Shown here: piece by piece, positions 19,933 to 28,661 of the stretch | Layout of the letters: every line of letters starts with the position of its first letter | Position numbering within the stretch: position 1 is the first letter of the stretch | Virus record (IMG/VR): IMGVR_UViG_3300030329_001437 | Span: 1 to 55,390 of that record | Origin: a virus | Taxonomy: Duplodnaviria; Caudoviricetes | Length of the DNA: 55,390 bases | Reading direction: 5' to 3' (one strand) | The notes under the pieces: generated by a model | The model's input: only the letters and a program-made list of their open reading frames with translations | Databases searched by the model: none | What the model was told of the DNA's origin: nothing | Program-made: the position numbers and the translations under genes

Positions 19933-20268
19933 ATGACAGTTTATATAGTCCAAGAAGCCCCTGGAAAAAACTTAGTTCCAGCCCAAAAATACGGAGAGCT
20001 AGAATTGTTACTCCCAGCGAGAACAAACCTGATGCTTTCTACTGGTCCTGAAGTACAGAAATTGAAAAGGGCACTCTCGAATTTTAATGATGAAGACTAT
20101 TTATTATTAGTAGGAGACCCTGCGGCAATAGGATTGTGTTGCGCTATCGCGGCCTCGGTAAACGGTAGATTTTCAGTTTTGAAATGGGATAGGCAAGAGA
20201 TGACGTACTATCCCGTGTCCTTTGATATTAGAAGAAACACAACAGAACTAGGAGAAGTATATGTCTGA
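19933..20268 (+). CDS. Hypothetical protein
   Basis: 111-aa ORF with AAGGAG RBS; first gene of the replication block. Confidence 0.7.
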   Translation: MTVYIVQEAPGKNLVPAQKYGELELLLPARTNLMLSTGPEVQKLKRALSNFNDEDYLLLVGDPAAIGLCCAIAASVNGRFSVLKWDRQEMTYYPVSFDIRRNTTELGEVYV

Positions 20269-20842
20269 GGTAGAAAACACAGAACTAACTTTCGAAGAAC
20301 TAACAGGTAATGCAACAACAGAAGAGTGGAACGACACTACCACTGATAATGAATTTTCTAAAATCTCTGCAACAGCGCAGAGACTATTAGATCAAGACAA
20401 ATTAGTAGAAAGTTTAGAAGCTGATCTGAAGGCGGCTAAAGAATTAGCTAGAACTATACGGGAACAAGAGCTTCCTGAAGCAATGCAGTCTGCTAACTTG
20501 ATGGAAATTAAATTAACAGATGGCTCTAAGATATCTATAGACCAGTTTTATAAAGGTCATATTTCCGAGCTTCATAAAAAGAAAGCACATCAATGGTTAG
20601 TAGATAACGGTCACGGTGGAATTATCAAACATGAAATCACTGTCAAGTTCGGTAAAGACGAAGACGAAAAGGCTACAAACACATTAGAAAGATTAAAACA
20701 GCAGGGGTTATCTCCTGAAGTTAAGCAAGGAGTTCATGCGCAGACGCTAAATGCGTTTGTGAAGGAGCAGCTCACGGGCGGGAAGGATATTCCTGCTGAT
20801 TTATTCGGGATATACGTGGGATCCCGCGCCAAAATAAAGTAG
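20261..20842 (+). CDS. Hypothetical replication-module protein
   Basis: N-terminal coiled coil and VHAQTLNAFVKE motif; precedes the SSB-like gene. Confidence 0.65.
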   Translation: MSEVENTELTFEELTGNATTEEWNDTTTDNEFSKISATAQRLLDQDKLVESLEADLKAAKELARTIREQELPEAMQSANLMEIKLTDGSKISIDQFYKGHISELHKKKAHQWLVDNGHGGIIKHEITVKFGKDEDEKATNTLERLKQQGLSPEVKQGVHAQTLNAFVKEQLTGGKDIPADLFGIYVGSRAKIK

Positions 20843-20852
20843 AGGAAAAACT

Positions 20853-21644
20853 ATGGCTAGTAAGAAAGTAGCAGAGCAGCAAGCCTCTGACCTCATACCT
20901 TTCGATGACGATTTGTTATCTGCGGGTACAGGGCTAGAGGAAGCGGAGGCTGGAGATTATGCAATCCCGTTTCTACGGATTCTCCAATCAATGTCACCTC
21001 AATTAAAAAAGAGTGACGGTAAATATATCGCTGACGCAGAAGAAGGTAACTTCTTCAACACGGTTACTGAGGCGGTGTACGATGGGTCAGACGGAGTATT
21101 GATTATTCCATGCGCCTATAAAAAGAAGTATATAGAGTGGGTGACTCGGGAAAACGGTGGTGGTTTCGTAAGTGACCAGCATTCTGTACAGACATTAGTA
21201 ACTTGTAAAAAAGATGACAGTGGACGTTACATTATGCAAAATGGTAATCAACTTGCTGAAACGGCAGAGTATTACTGTATTTTTGCGCAAGATGAAAATG
21301 CCCCTGAGCAAGTTCTATTGAGCTTGACTTCTTCACAGCTAGGCTTTTCGAGACGTTGGAATACAATGTTGAACAATGCTCGAGTGGTAAATAAGGCAGG
21401 AGAAGCTGTACCAGCCCCTATGTTTGCACATACATATCGACTAACTACAATTCCGCAATCTAATGATCAATATAGTTGGATGGGACTTTCTGTTGAAAAA
21501 GAAGGGCCAACTTCGTTGCCATTAGCAACAGCGGCATTAGAGTTTATGAAGGCGGCTAGACAAGGCACTGTTCAAGTACAACAAGAACAAGAATCAGTGG
21601 TAACAAACACGGAGGAAGAGAACGAGGACGACGTTCCATTTTAG
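20853..21644 (+). CDS. Putative single-stranded DNA-binding protein
   Basis: Acidic tail ending EEENEDDVPF, like SSB C-termini; next to primase and helicase. Confidence 0.65.
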   Translation: MASKKVAEQQASDLIPFDDDLLSAGTGLEEAEAGDYAIPFLRILQSMSPQLKKSDGKYIADAEEGNFFNTVTEAVYDGSDGVLIIPCAYKKKYIEWVTRENGGGFVSDQHSVQTLVTCKKDDSGRYIMQNGNQLAETAEYYCIFAQDENAPEQVLLSLTSSQLGFSRRWNTMLNNARVVNKAGEAVPAPMFAHTYRLTTIPQSNDQYSWMGLSVEKEGPTSLPLATAALEFMKAARQGTVQVQQEQESVVTNTEEENEDDVPF

Positions 21645-21659
21645 TGTTAAGGGTGAGCA

Positions 21660-23183
21660 ATGTCATTACAAGAAGAGTTTGCCCACCGTTTCGCGGGGTT
21701 GAGACACGGTCATAGTGTCTTTACCCCGACGAAAGAAAAACGGGAAGATGGCAAAGCGAAAGGAAAATATGTAACAATATCAAAAACTCTAAGCCAAAAA
21801 GAACTAGAAGACGTTTGGCTACAGCACCTGAAAGGTGAAAAAGGTCTCGGTATAGTACCGATTGACGAAGATAACAACTGCATTTGGGGATCTATTGATA
21901 TCGATGAGTTTTCAGTAGATCTGAAGGGGTTAGCTAAGAAGCTAAAGAAATTCAAATTACCTTTGGTCGTGTGTCGATCAAAAAGTGGAGGAGCACATTT
22001 ATTTCTATTTGTGTTCGACCCAGTTCCTGCCTCTACGATGCAACGAAAACTTAGACAAGTAGCGTCTGCTATTGGGTTTGGTCAGTCTGAGATTTTTCCT
22101 AAACAAACTAAGCTCTTATTAGAGCGAGGGGATAGGGGAAGTTCTCTGAATATGCCTTATTTTGGCGGGGAGAACTCTACTGGTTACGGCTTCGGCCCGA
22201 CTGGTAAAGTTCTCAGCCCAAAAGAATTCCTAGAGTATGTAGAGACACTTGTTCTAACTGAAGAAGAGTTAGAAAAACTAGAAGTGACTCCTATATTAGA
22301 GGACGCTGAGTGGTTAGATCAAGCTCCCCCTTGTTTAGAGCATCTTATAGCTCAGGGGTTTCCGAAAGGAATGCGAAACTCAGGACTCTTTAACGTAGGA
22401 GTTTTTCTACGAAAGAAGTTTCCAGATGACTGGGAGAGTCGAGTAGAGCAGGCTAACCACAAACACTTCTCTCCTCCTTTGAGTGCGCAAGAAGTATTGA
22501 CGGTTACGAAACAGGTTCAGAAGAAAGATTATTTCTATAAATGTAACGATCAGCCGATAGCAGGGCATTGTAACAGCCCTCTATGTAGAACTCGTAAATT
22601 CGGTATAGGAGCTTCGGGCGGCACTCCTCTGTTCAGTAATCTAACTAAACAGAATAGTGACCCTCCTATCTGGTTCTTAGATGTAGAAGGTGGACGACTA
22701 GAGTTAGAAACTGAAGAACTGCTGAACCAGAATAGGTTTCAGAGAAAGTGTATGGATAGCCTCAATATTATTCCTCAGAAGGTAAGGGATAATGTCTGGC
22801 GTCAGATTATACAACAGCTCCTGGATACTTTGACTATCATCGAAGTTCCTAAAGACGCATCAACTGAGGGGCATTTCAACGAATTATTAGAGACGTTTTG
22901 TACTGAACGTCCTGCTAGAGAACGTGACGAGTTACTATTAGGAAAGCCGTGGTCAGACAAGGATAGAACATATTTTAGACTAGGCGATCTGATGGACTAC
23001 TTACATCGCAAGAACTTCAGAGACTACCCTAGAAATAAACTTACAGCTAAGTTGAGAAATATGGGAGGAGATTCTTATTTCTTTAATATAAAAGGGAAAG
23101 GTGCGAATGTGTGGCATATACCACAGTTTGAAGCTCAAACAGAGTCACACAACTTACCTGATTTCGACGACAGCGTACTGTAG
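21660..23183 (+). CDS. Putative AEP-type primase (prim-pol)
   Basis: DxD (IDID), SKSGGAH motif, PPC...RN helical domain and Cys cluster (YKC...HC...LC). Confidence 0.75.
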   Translation: MSLQEEFAHRFAGLRHGHSVFTPTKEKREDGKAKGKYVTISKTLSQKELEDVWLQHLKGEKGLGIVPIDEDNNCIWGSIDIDEFSVDLKGLAKKLKKFKLPLVVCRSKSGGAHLFLFVFDPVPASTMQRKLRQVASAIGFGQSEIFPKQTKLLLERGDRGSSLNMPYFGGENSTGYGFGPTGKVLSPKEFLEYVETLVLTEEELEKLEVTPILEDAEWLDQAPPCLEHLIAQGFPKGMRNSGLFNVGVFLRKKFPDDWESRVEQANHKHFSPPLSAQEVLTVTKQVQKKDYFYKCNDQPIAGHCNSPLCRTRKFGIGASGGTPLFSNLTKQNSDPPIWFLDVEGGRLELETEELLNQNRFQRKCMDSLNIIPQKVRDNVWRQIIQQLLDTLTIIEVPKDASTEGHFNELLETFCTERPARERDELLLGKPWSDKDRTYFRLGDLMDYLHRKNFRDYPRNKLTAKLRNMGGDSYFFNIKGKGANVWHIPQFEAQTESHNLPDFDDSVL

Positions 23184-24677
23184 ATGCTAACACAACGGGC
23201 ACAAATAATACTTGGCCCTCCTGGAACTGGTAAAACAAGCACTTTGTTAGGGTTACTCGAAGAGGAACTCGATAAAGGAACAGACCCTGAAGACATAGGG
23301 TTCTTCACGTTTACGAAACAAGCAGTGCAGGAAGGAAAGAGCAGAGCGATGTCGAAGTTCTCTGTGACTAATAACCAACTGCGGTATTTTAGAACCCTCC
23401 ACTCGTTATGTTTTTATCAGCTGAGTCTATCTAAGGGTAGTGTTATGTCTTCTTCGGATATATACGACTTAAATGAAAAGCTGAACCTTAGATTAAAAGG
23501 TGCAGTAAGCACTGAAGAAGGACACATCTCTGGTATTTCTAAAGATGATCGATTATTGTTTATAGAAAATCTTTCGAGAATGCGACAGGTTAGTTTAGAA
23601 ACACAATGGCACGAGGCTGAGGATGCTGTAGGCTGGTTCGAACTAGAGAGATTCGCTAATGGCTTGAAACTGTTCAAACAAGATCGACTATTGATCGACT
23701 ACACTGATATGTTGCAACTGTTTCTTGATCGAGGAAAGGCTCCGAAACTAGACGTAATGTTCGTAGACGAAGCACAAGATCTTTCACCGTTACAGTGGGC
23801 AGTGGTTAGGAAGTTATGTGAATCAGCTGATCGTATTTATATTGCAGGTGACGATGATCAGGCTATTTATCGCTGGGCGGGTGCAGATGTCGATTATCTA
23901 ATCCGTAACTCTAAGAACGCCATGGTTCTCAAACAGTCCTATAGAATCCCTAAATCTATCCATAGCCTTGCCGAGCGTTGTATCGGACAAGTCGGTTCAC
24001 GTGTACACAAAGTGTGGAATCCTAGAAAAGAAGAAGGACAAGTTTCGTGGGAGCCGTCTTATGAAACTATAGACATGGAACAAGGAGAGTGGTTAGTGCT
24101 GGCACGAACTAACTATCTCTTAAACAGCATAGAAGAACATTGTAGGTCTGAAGGCTGGTTTTATAAAAGCAAGAACAGGCCAAGTGTCTCCGAAAGAAAG
24201 GTCATGGCGGTAAGGTCTTGGGAAAGTTTTAGGAAAGGAGGCGAAATGCCTTTCGTAGATTTCACCAAAGTGCTTAATTATTTAAAAGTTCGTCTACCTA
24301 ACTCCCTCGAGAAATTCGACTTTGATACTAATATCACATACGAAACGGCTCTAAGACACATTCCTAACCTTCCTAACGAATATTGGTACGATGTATTCAC
24401 GGCAATCTCAGTAGATGAGCGCAGTTACATACGAGCCATGCTCAGGAGAGGTGAAAAAATCACAAAAGAACCACGGATACGTTTATCAACCATCCACGCA
24501 GCCAAAGGAGGTGAAGCAGATAATGTGATTTTACTAACCGATATATCAAGTCGCGTGTACAAATCTTTCCAGGATAATCCTGATGATGAATCTCGTGTCT
24601 TTTATGTAGGACTTACTAGAGCGAAAGAAAATCTTTATTTAATTGAGCCGCAGACGCAAAAGTATTTTCCTCTTTAG
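23184..24677 (+). CDS. UvrD/Rep-like SF1 helicase
   Basis: GPPGTGKT, DEAQD, GDDDQAIY, STIHAAKGGE and YVGLTRA motifs. Confidence 0.93.
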   Translation: MLTQRAQIILGPPGTGKTSTLLGLLEEELDKGTDPEDIGFFTFTKQAVQEGKSRAMSKFSVTNNQLRYFRTLHSLCFYQLSLSKGSVMSSSDIYDLNEKLNLRLKGAVSTEEGHISGISKDDRLLFIENLSRMRQVSLETQWHEAEDAVGWFELERFANGLKLFKQDRLLIDYTDMLQLFLDRGKAPKLDVMFVDEAQDLSPLQWAVVRKLCESADRIYIAGDDDQAIYRWAGADVDYLIRNSKNAMVLKQSYRIPKSIHSLAERCIGQVGSRVHKVWNPRKEEGQVSWEPSYETIDMEQGEWLVLARTNYLLNSIEEHCRSEGWFYKSKNRPSVSERKVMAVRSWESFRKGGEMPFVDFTKVLNYLKVRLPNSLEKFDFDTNITYETALRHIPNLPNEYWYDVFTAISVDERSYIRAMLRRGEKITKEPRIRLSTIHAAKGGEADNVILLTDISSRVYKSFQDNPDDESRVFYVGLTRAKENLYLIEPQTQKYFPL

Positions 24678-24680
24678 TCC

Positions 24681-24709
24681 TTTACCTTCTAGGGGTCTTT
24701 AAGTAAACT
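24681..24709 (+). promoter_or_regulatory. Sigma70-like promoter heading the modification operon
   Basis: TTTACC-N17-TAAACT preceded by TTTAGTCC. Confidence 0.65.
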
Positions 24710-24732
24710 AATAAATAAGAAAGGAGAAATAA

Positions 24733-25257
24733 ATGAATATATTTGTTACTGACCCAGATCCAGTAATAAGTGCACAGACGTTGTGTGATAAACACGTTGT
24801 CAAGATGGTACTTGAATCAGCGCAGATGTTATCCACAGCTTGGCGAGAACCTAACGATTTAAGGTCGAGTGAATTCTCGTCAAAGTACGCAGACGAACAT
24901 GAATTATACAAAACCGCACATCCTAATCACCCCTGTAGTATTTGGGTTAGACAAGCTCGAGAAAACTACAAGTGGTTATACAGACACTTCGTTGCTTTGT
25001 GCGATGAGTACACACACCGCTACGGGAAAAGTCATGCCTCTGCTAGACTCAAGGGGCCGTTGATGTGGCGTCCTTTTAGATCTAGTGCCCTACTAGATGC
25101 GATAGAAGAACCTTACGGGTTCGTACTAGCAATGCCAGATGAATATAAGTCAGACGATGTATTTGACTCTTATCGAAATTATTTAATGAACGAAAAACAA
25201 CATTTTGCTAAATGGGAGAAAGACCCTAGCCGCAAACCAACATGGTGGAGAACATAA
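24733..25257 (+). CDS. Pyrimidine-dimer DNA glycosylase (DenV)-like family protein
   Basis: MNIF...DKHVVKMVLESAQMLST and YKTAHPNHPCSIW motifs. Confidence 0.7.
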   Translation: MNIFVTDPDPVISAQTLCDKHVVKMVLESAQMLSTAWREPNDLRSSEFSSKYADEHELYKTAHPNHPCSIWVRQARENYKWLYRHFVALCDEYTHRYGKSHASARLKGPLMWRPFRSSALLDAIEEPYGFVLAMPDEYKSDDVFDSYRNYLMNEKQHFAKWEKDPSRKPTWWRT

Positions 25258-26120
25258 TGGCTTCTATTAGAAAGAAACTCGAAGAAAACGTAAACAACAG
25301 CAAAAACACTCGCATGGATATTGCTAGTGGAAACATGCTAGGAAACTGGCGACCTGACGAGATCACCCACATGACTCGTTACGATAAGATCTCCTCGCTT
25401 TGTATTGAAGAAGCAAAGAAATTAGGCAGACCTATCAACACGCTAGAGGCAGGATGTGGAGAGATATGGGTTCTACGAAACCTGTACAAAGCCTACACCG
25501 TTAAGAAGTCTGACGTGATTTCTTCTTATTGCGGAGTCGATATAGACCCTGCGTGTCTCAACGAGAAGCAAGGGTACAGTAGCCCGACAGGACTAGTTGA
25601 AGACTCTACTTGGTTTAAAAACTTCAACGGCAGAATCGATATTCAAGATCTCACCGTTAATCCTGTGTTCGACTTACCCGATAACTCTATTGATTTCTTC
25701 TGGACTACAGAGGTTATCGAACACATGAACCGTGAGTTCATACAAGCATGGCTTGATGACGCTAATCGAGTATTACGACCAGGAGGATTAATTTATGTTT
25801 CTACTCCTAACCATGACGGGTCTAACGACAAGCTACCTGAAGACCACATATACGAGTGGGGGTTCGAAGAACTCAAGAAAGAATTAACTCGACATACTCG
25901 AGGATGGTTTTTACAGTCTGTAGTTGGCACGTTTGCTCAGATGCCTAAACTAAAAGCAGCTATGCATAAAGACGAAGAAGATACTGAGTGGCGGTTATGG
26001 CCTGATCAGTTTGAACTTTTACAAGAACGCTATGGTAAACAGTTTCTTAGAGTGGTTGCCGCGACGTTTTACCCAGAAGTTTCTAACAACTGCGCATGGA
26101 TATTAAGAAAGAGACCATGA
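25257..26120 (+). CDS. Class I SAM-dependent methyltransferase
   Basis: LEAGCGE (motif I), GVDID, EVIEH, LRPGG and STPN. No DPPY/NPPY or PCQ DNA-methylase motif. Confidence 0.88.
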   Translation: MASIRKKLEENVNNSKNTRMDIASGNMLGNWRPDEITHMTRYDKISSLCIEEAKKLGRPINTLEAGCGEIWVLRNLYKAYTVKKSDVISSYCGVDIDPACLNEKQGYSSPTGLVEDSTWFKNFNGRIDIQDLTVNPVFDLPDNSIDFFWTTEVIEHMNREFIQAWLDDANRVLRPGGLIYVSTPNHDGSNDKLPEDHIYEWGFEELKKELTRHTRGWFLQSVVGTFAQMPKLKAAMHKDEEDTEWRLWPDQFELLQERYGKQFLRVVAATFYPEVSNNCAWILRKRP

Positions 26121-27067
26121 GTAATACACCTTTTATCCCAGAAGAGATTGTTCTCTATCTTTATTGGATAGAGGAACGAGAGCGCATTAGGCAAAAGAAA
26201 GAAGAATTAGGAGAAGACCCTCCGTGGACTGAAGACGAGATTCTACAGAAGTTTAAATTTTGCCAAGTCTTTCGAGAAGACGATAGAACGACTCGCTGGT
26301 TTGCTGCTCATATACGCAGACCACTTTCTTCCGAACCAGAAGTATTGATGGCAACAATAATATTCAGATTCTTTAATCTAATTGAAACGGGTAGAACCCT
26401 ACTAGACCACAATCTCCATATCGAATGGGACAGAGAAAAAGCGATAGAAGAAGTCAGGAAACAACCGAAATGGGTGACTGGGGCTTACATCGTTAAAACG
26501 CCTAATCGAATGGACAAAGTCAACGGGGTAGCTGAGTGTGTCTCCCATATCTGGAGTGATCGTGAACGTATACTTTCTGCAATAGAGAAGATGACTACTC
26601 TCGAAGAGGCGTGGTCTTTTCTTATGCAATACCCTTATATCGGGCCTTTCGTTTCATATGAGATTATCACCGACCTACGACATACCTATCTGTTAGACGA
26701 AGCCACAGACATTTGTACTTGGGGTAATCCAGGACCAGGAGCTATGAGAGGGCTGAACAGACTAACAGGTAGACCACTAGACTTTACTCGTAAAACACAT
26801 GACTGGCACACAGAGATGCGAATCTTGTACGACATTTGTAAAGAAGAGTTAAAAGTTCCTGGAATGACTGTGGATAGTCCGTACTACCGAATGCCTTTTG
26901 AAATGAGAGAGGTAGAAGGAGGACTATGTGAATTCGATAAATACTCTCGAATCCACAATGGAGAAGGGCGTACACGGAGTATATATAACTACTCCAATAG
27001 AGAAACGCCATTAGTAGAAGATTTAGATAAAGGAGAAAGCAAATGGGTAAACTCAAACAACATGTGA
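26117..27067 (+). CDS. aGPT-Pplase clade 1-like DNA base hypermodification protein
   Basis: ERERI...PPWTED.IL..FKFCQVFREDDRTT, FRFFN, G.F.SYEI.TDL, GPGAMRGL and E..LCEFDKY motifs. Confidence 0.8.
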   Translation: MSNTPFIPEEIVLYLYWIEERERIRQKKEELGEDPPWTEDEILQKFKFCQVFREDDRTTRWFAAHIRRPLSSEPEVLMATIIFRFFNLIETGRTLLDHNLHIEWDREKAIEEVRKQPKWVTGAYIVKTPNRMDKVNGVAECVSHIWSDRERILSAIEKMTTLEEAWSFLMQYPYIGPFVSYEIITDLRHTYLLDEATDICTWGNPGPGAMRGLNRLTGRPLDFTRKTHDWHTEMRILYDICKEELKVPGMTVDSPYYRMPFEMREVEGGLCEFDKYSRIHNGEGRTRSIYNYSNRETPLVEDLDKGESKWVNSNNM

Positions 27068-27279
27068 TGGAAGGAGAGGAAACCTATACTGAAAAAGTGC
27101 TGTTTTATTACGGCAACTTTTTAGTCGGGTGTATGAAAGACAGGACGATCCCTAATACGTGGCAAGACGCTATCAACGCGATACATTGGTCTATGTATCT
27201 CGAGGGAAAAGAGATCAGTCGATTGCAGATCGAATATATTCTTAAAGAGAACACGGAGAGTTTATATGAAGACGATTAG
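27043..27279 (+). CDS. Hypothetical protein
   Basis: 78 aa with AAGGAG RBS; overlaps both neighbours. Confidence 0.6.
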   Translation: MGKLKQHVMEGEETYTEKVLFYYGNFLVGCMKDRTIPNTWQDAINAIHWSMYLEGKEISRLQIEYILKENTESLYEDD

Positions 27280-28333
27280 AGCTAGGAACGTGGATGAAGC
27301 TCTTTATTTAGGAGTGGACTTTTTTCGAGGCCCAGAAGGGGTCAACTACAGAAAGCAAGAAAGTAGAAATGGAATGACAAGAGAGTCTATTGGCCCTGTT
27401 GTTACACACTACACGAGACCTTGGGAACGTGTTTCATTTCAGAAAGAACGCGATGCAAATCCTTTCTTTCATTTGTACGAAGCTATCTGGATGTTAGCAG
27501 GATCTAAAGAGCTAAAGAAGCTGACTTATTTCAACGCAGGCATGGCTAACTTTTCAGACGATGGCGTAAGGTTAAACGGAGCCTACGGGTACAGGTGGAC
27601 TAAGACGTTTATGTGGAATCAGATCGACATAATTATAAAAATGTTGAAAGAAGACCCAGACTCTAGACGTTGTGTACTACAGATGTGGGATGCCGTGCAC
27701 GACTTAAACAGCTCGAGTATCGACATACCTTGTAACACAAACATCTATTTCAAAATCCGAGATGGAAAATTACAGATGACAGTCTGTAATCGGTCGAACG
27801 ATATGATCTGGGGAGCTTACGGAGCCAACGCAGTCCATATGTCAATACTGATGGAATACGTTGCCGTTGCAGTAAACGCCCCGATGGGTTCGTACTACCA
27901 GATCAGTGATAGTTTTCATATCTATGAAAATGAACAATGGGACAAGATAAAAGATTTATCAGGTAGAGGATTCGGCTCTTGGTTCTCTTCCACCTACCCT
28001 TCACCTCACTATCCCTTGGTCTCAGATCCAGCCACATTTACCGATGAGTGCATGAAGTTTATACAAACCACTCCTCCTACTCGACGGTCTGGAAACCCAG
28101 AAGAAGTGGATGCGTTCTCACCGTCGTTTACTACGGAAACCTATAACAACACGTTCTTTCCTGACGTGATGATACCGATGGTTTCAGCATTTAGAAGCCA
28201 CAAAGAAAGAAACTACAAGGAGGCTTATGACTTTCTTAAAGAAATTAAAGCACTGGATTGGCAAGAAGCCGCATTCCATTGGATTAAACGAAGACAACTT
28301 AATTGGGAGAAAAAACATGGGACTGGATCCTAA
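27266..28333 (+). CDS. Thymidylate synthase-fold enzyme, probable dUMP hydroxymethylase
   Basis: SRR, catalytic PC (DIPCNT), RSND, Asn at the base-specificity position (GAN) and HIY; divergent from canonical ThyA; C-terminal extension. Confidence 0.8.
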   Translation: MKTIRARNVDEALYLGVDFFRGPEGVNYRKQESRNGMTRESIGPVVTHYTRPWERVSFQKERDANPFFHLYEAIWMLAGSKELKKLTYFNAGMANFSDDGVRLNGAYGYRWTKTFMWNQIDIIIKMLKEDPDSRRCVLQMWDAVHDLNSSSIDIPCNTNIYFKIRDGKLQMTVCNRSNDMIWGAYGANAVHMSILMEYVAVAVNAPMGSYYQISDSFHIYENEQWDKIKDLSGRGFGSWFSSTYPSPHYPLVSDPATFTDECMKFIQTTPPTRRSGNPEEVDAFSPSFTTETYNNTFFPDVMIPMVSAFRSHKERNYKEAYDFLKEIKALDWQEAAFHWIKRRQLNWEKKHGTGS

Positions 28334-28661
28334 GTGGCAGGATGTTAAGTCTATTGCGCAGGAAGATATACACAGCCTGATTGAGTCTGAGAAGTCCTAC
28401 GGAGACTCTTGGAGAAGACGCGGCGGCACTGGGGCGTTTATGATGTTGGCTCGTAAATTCGACCGTATCGAACAACAGAGTAAAGACTGTAACTACGATA
28501 TTTTCGAAGCGGGGGATAAGTATAACGGCGAGGACGGTTTACTAGACGATATAGGGGATCTTAGACGATACCTCTTACTAGTAGAGCATCACATCAGATA
28601 CGGCTCTAACGAGCTTATAGAGGAGAGGAATGTCGAGACAGATACCGTTGATTCAGCCTGA
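28317..28661 (+). CDS. Nmad1/DUF1599-like all-helical protein, possible nucleotide pyrophosphatase
   Basis: KSYGDSW..RG..G...RKFDR...DDIGDL..Y pattern; lies between the TS-like gene and the polymerase. Confidence 0.6.
   Translation: MGLDPKWQDVKSIAQEDIHSLIESEKSYGDSWRRRGGTGAFMMLARKFDRIEQQSKDCNYDIFEAGDKYNGEDGLLDDIGDLRRYLLLVEHHIRYGSNELIEERNVETDTVDSA

Noticed and set aside
25257-26120. Restriction-modification DNA methyltransferase
   Set aside because: Lacks N6/N4 (DPPY/NPPY) and C5 (PCQ, ENV) catalytic motifs.
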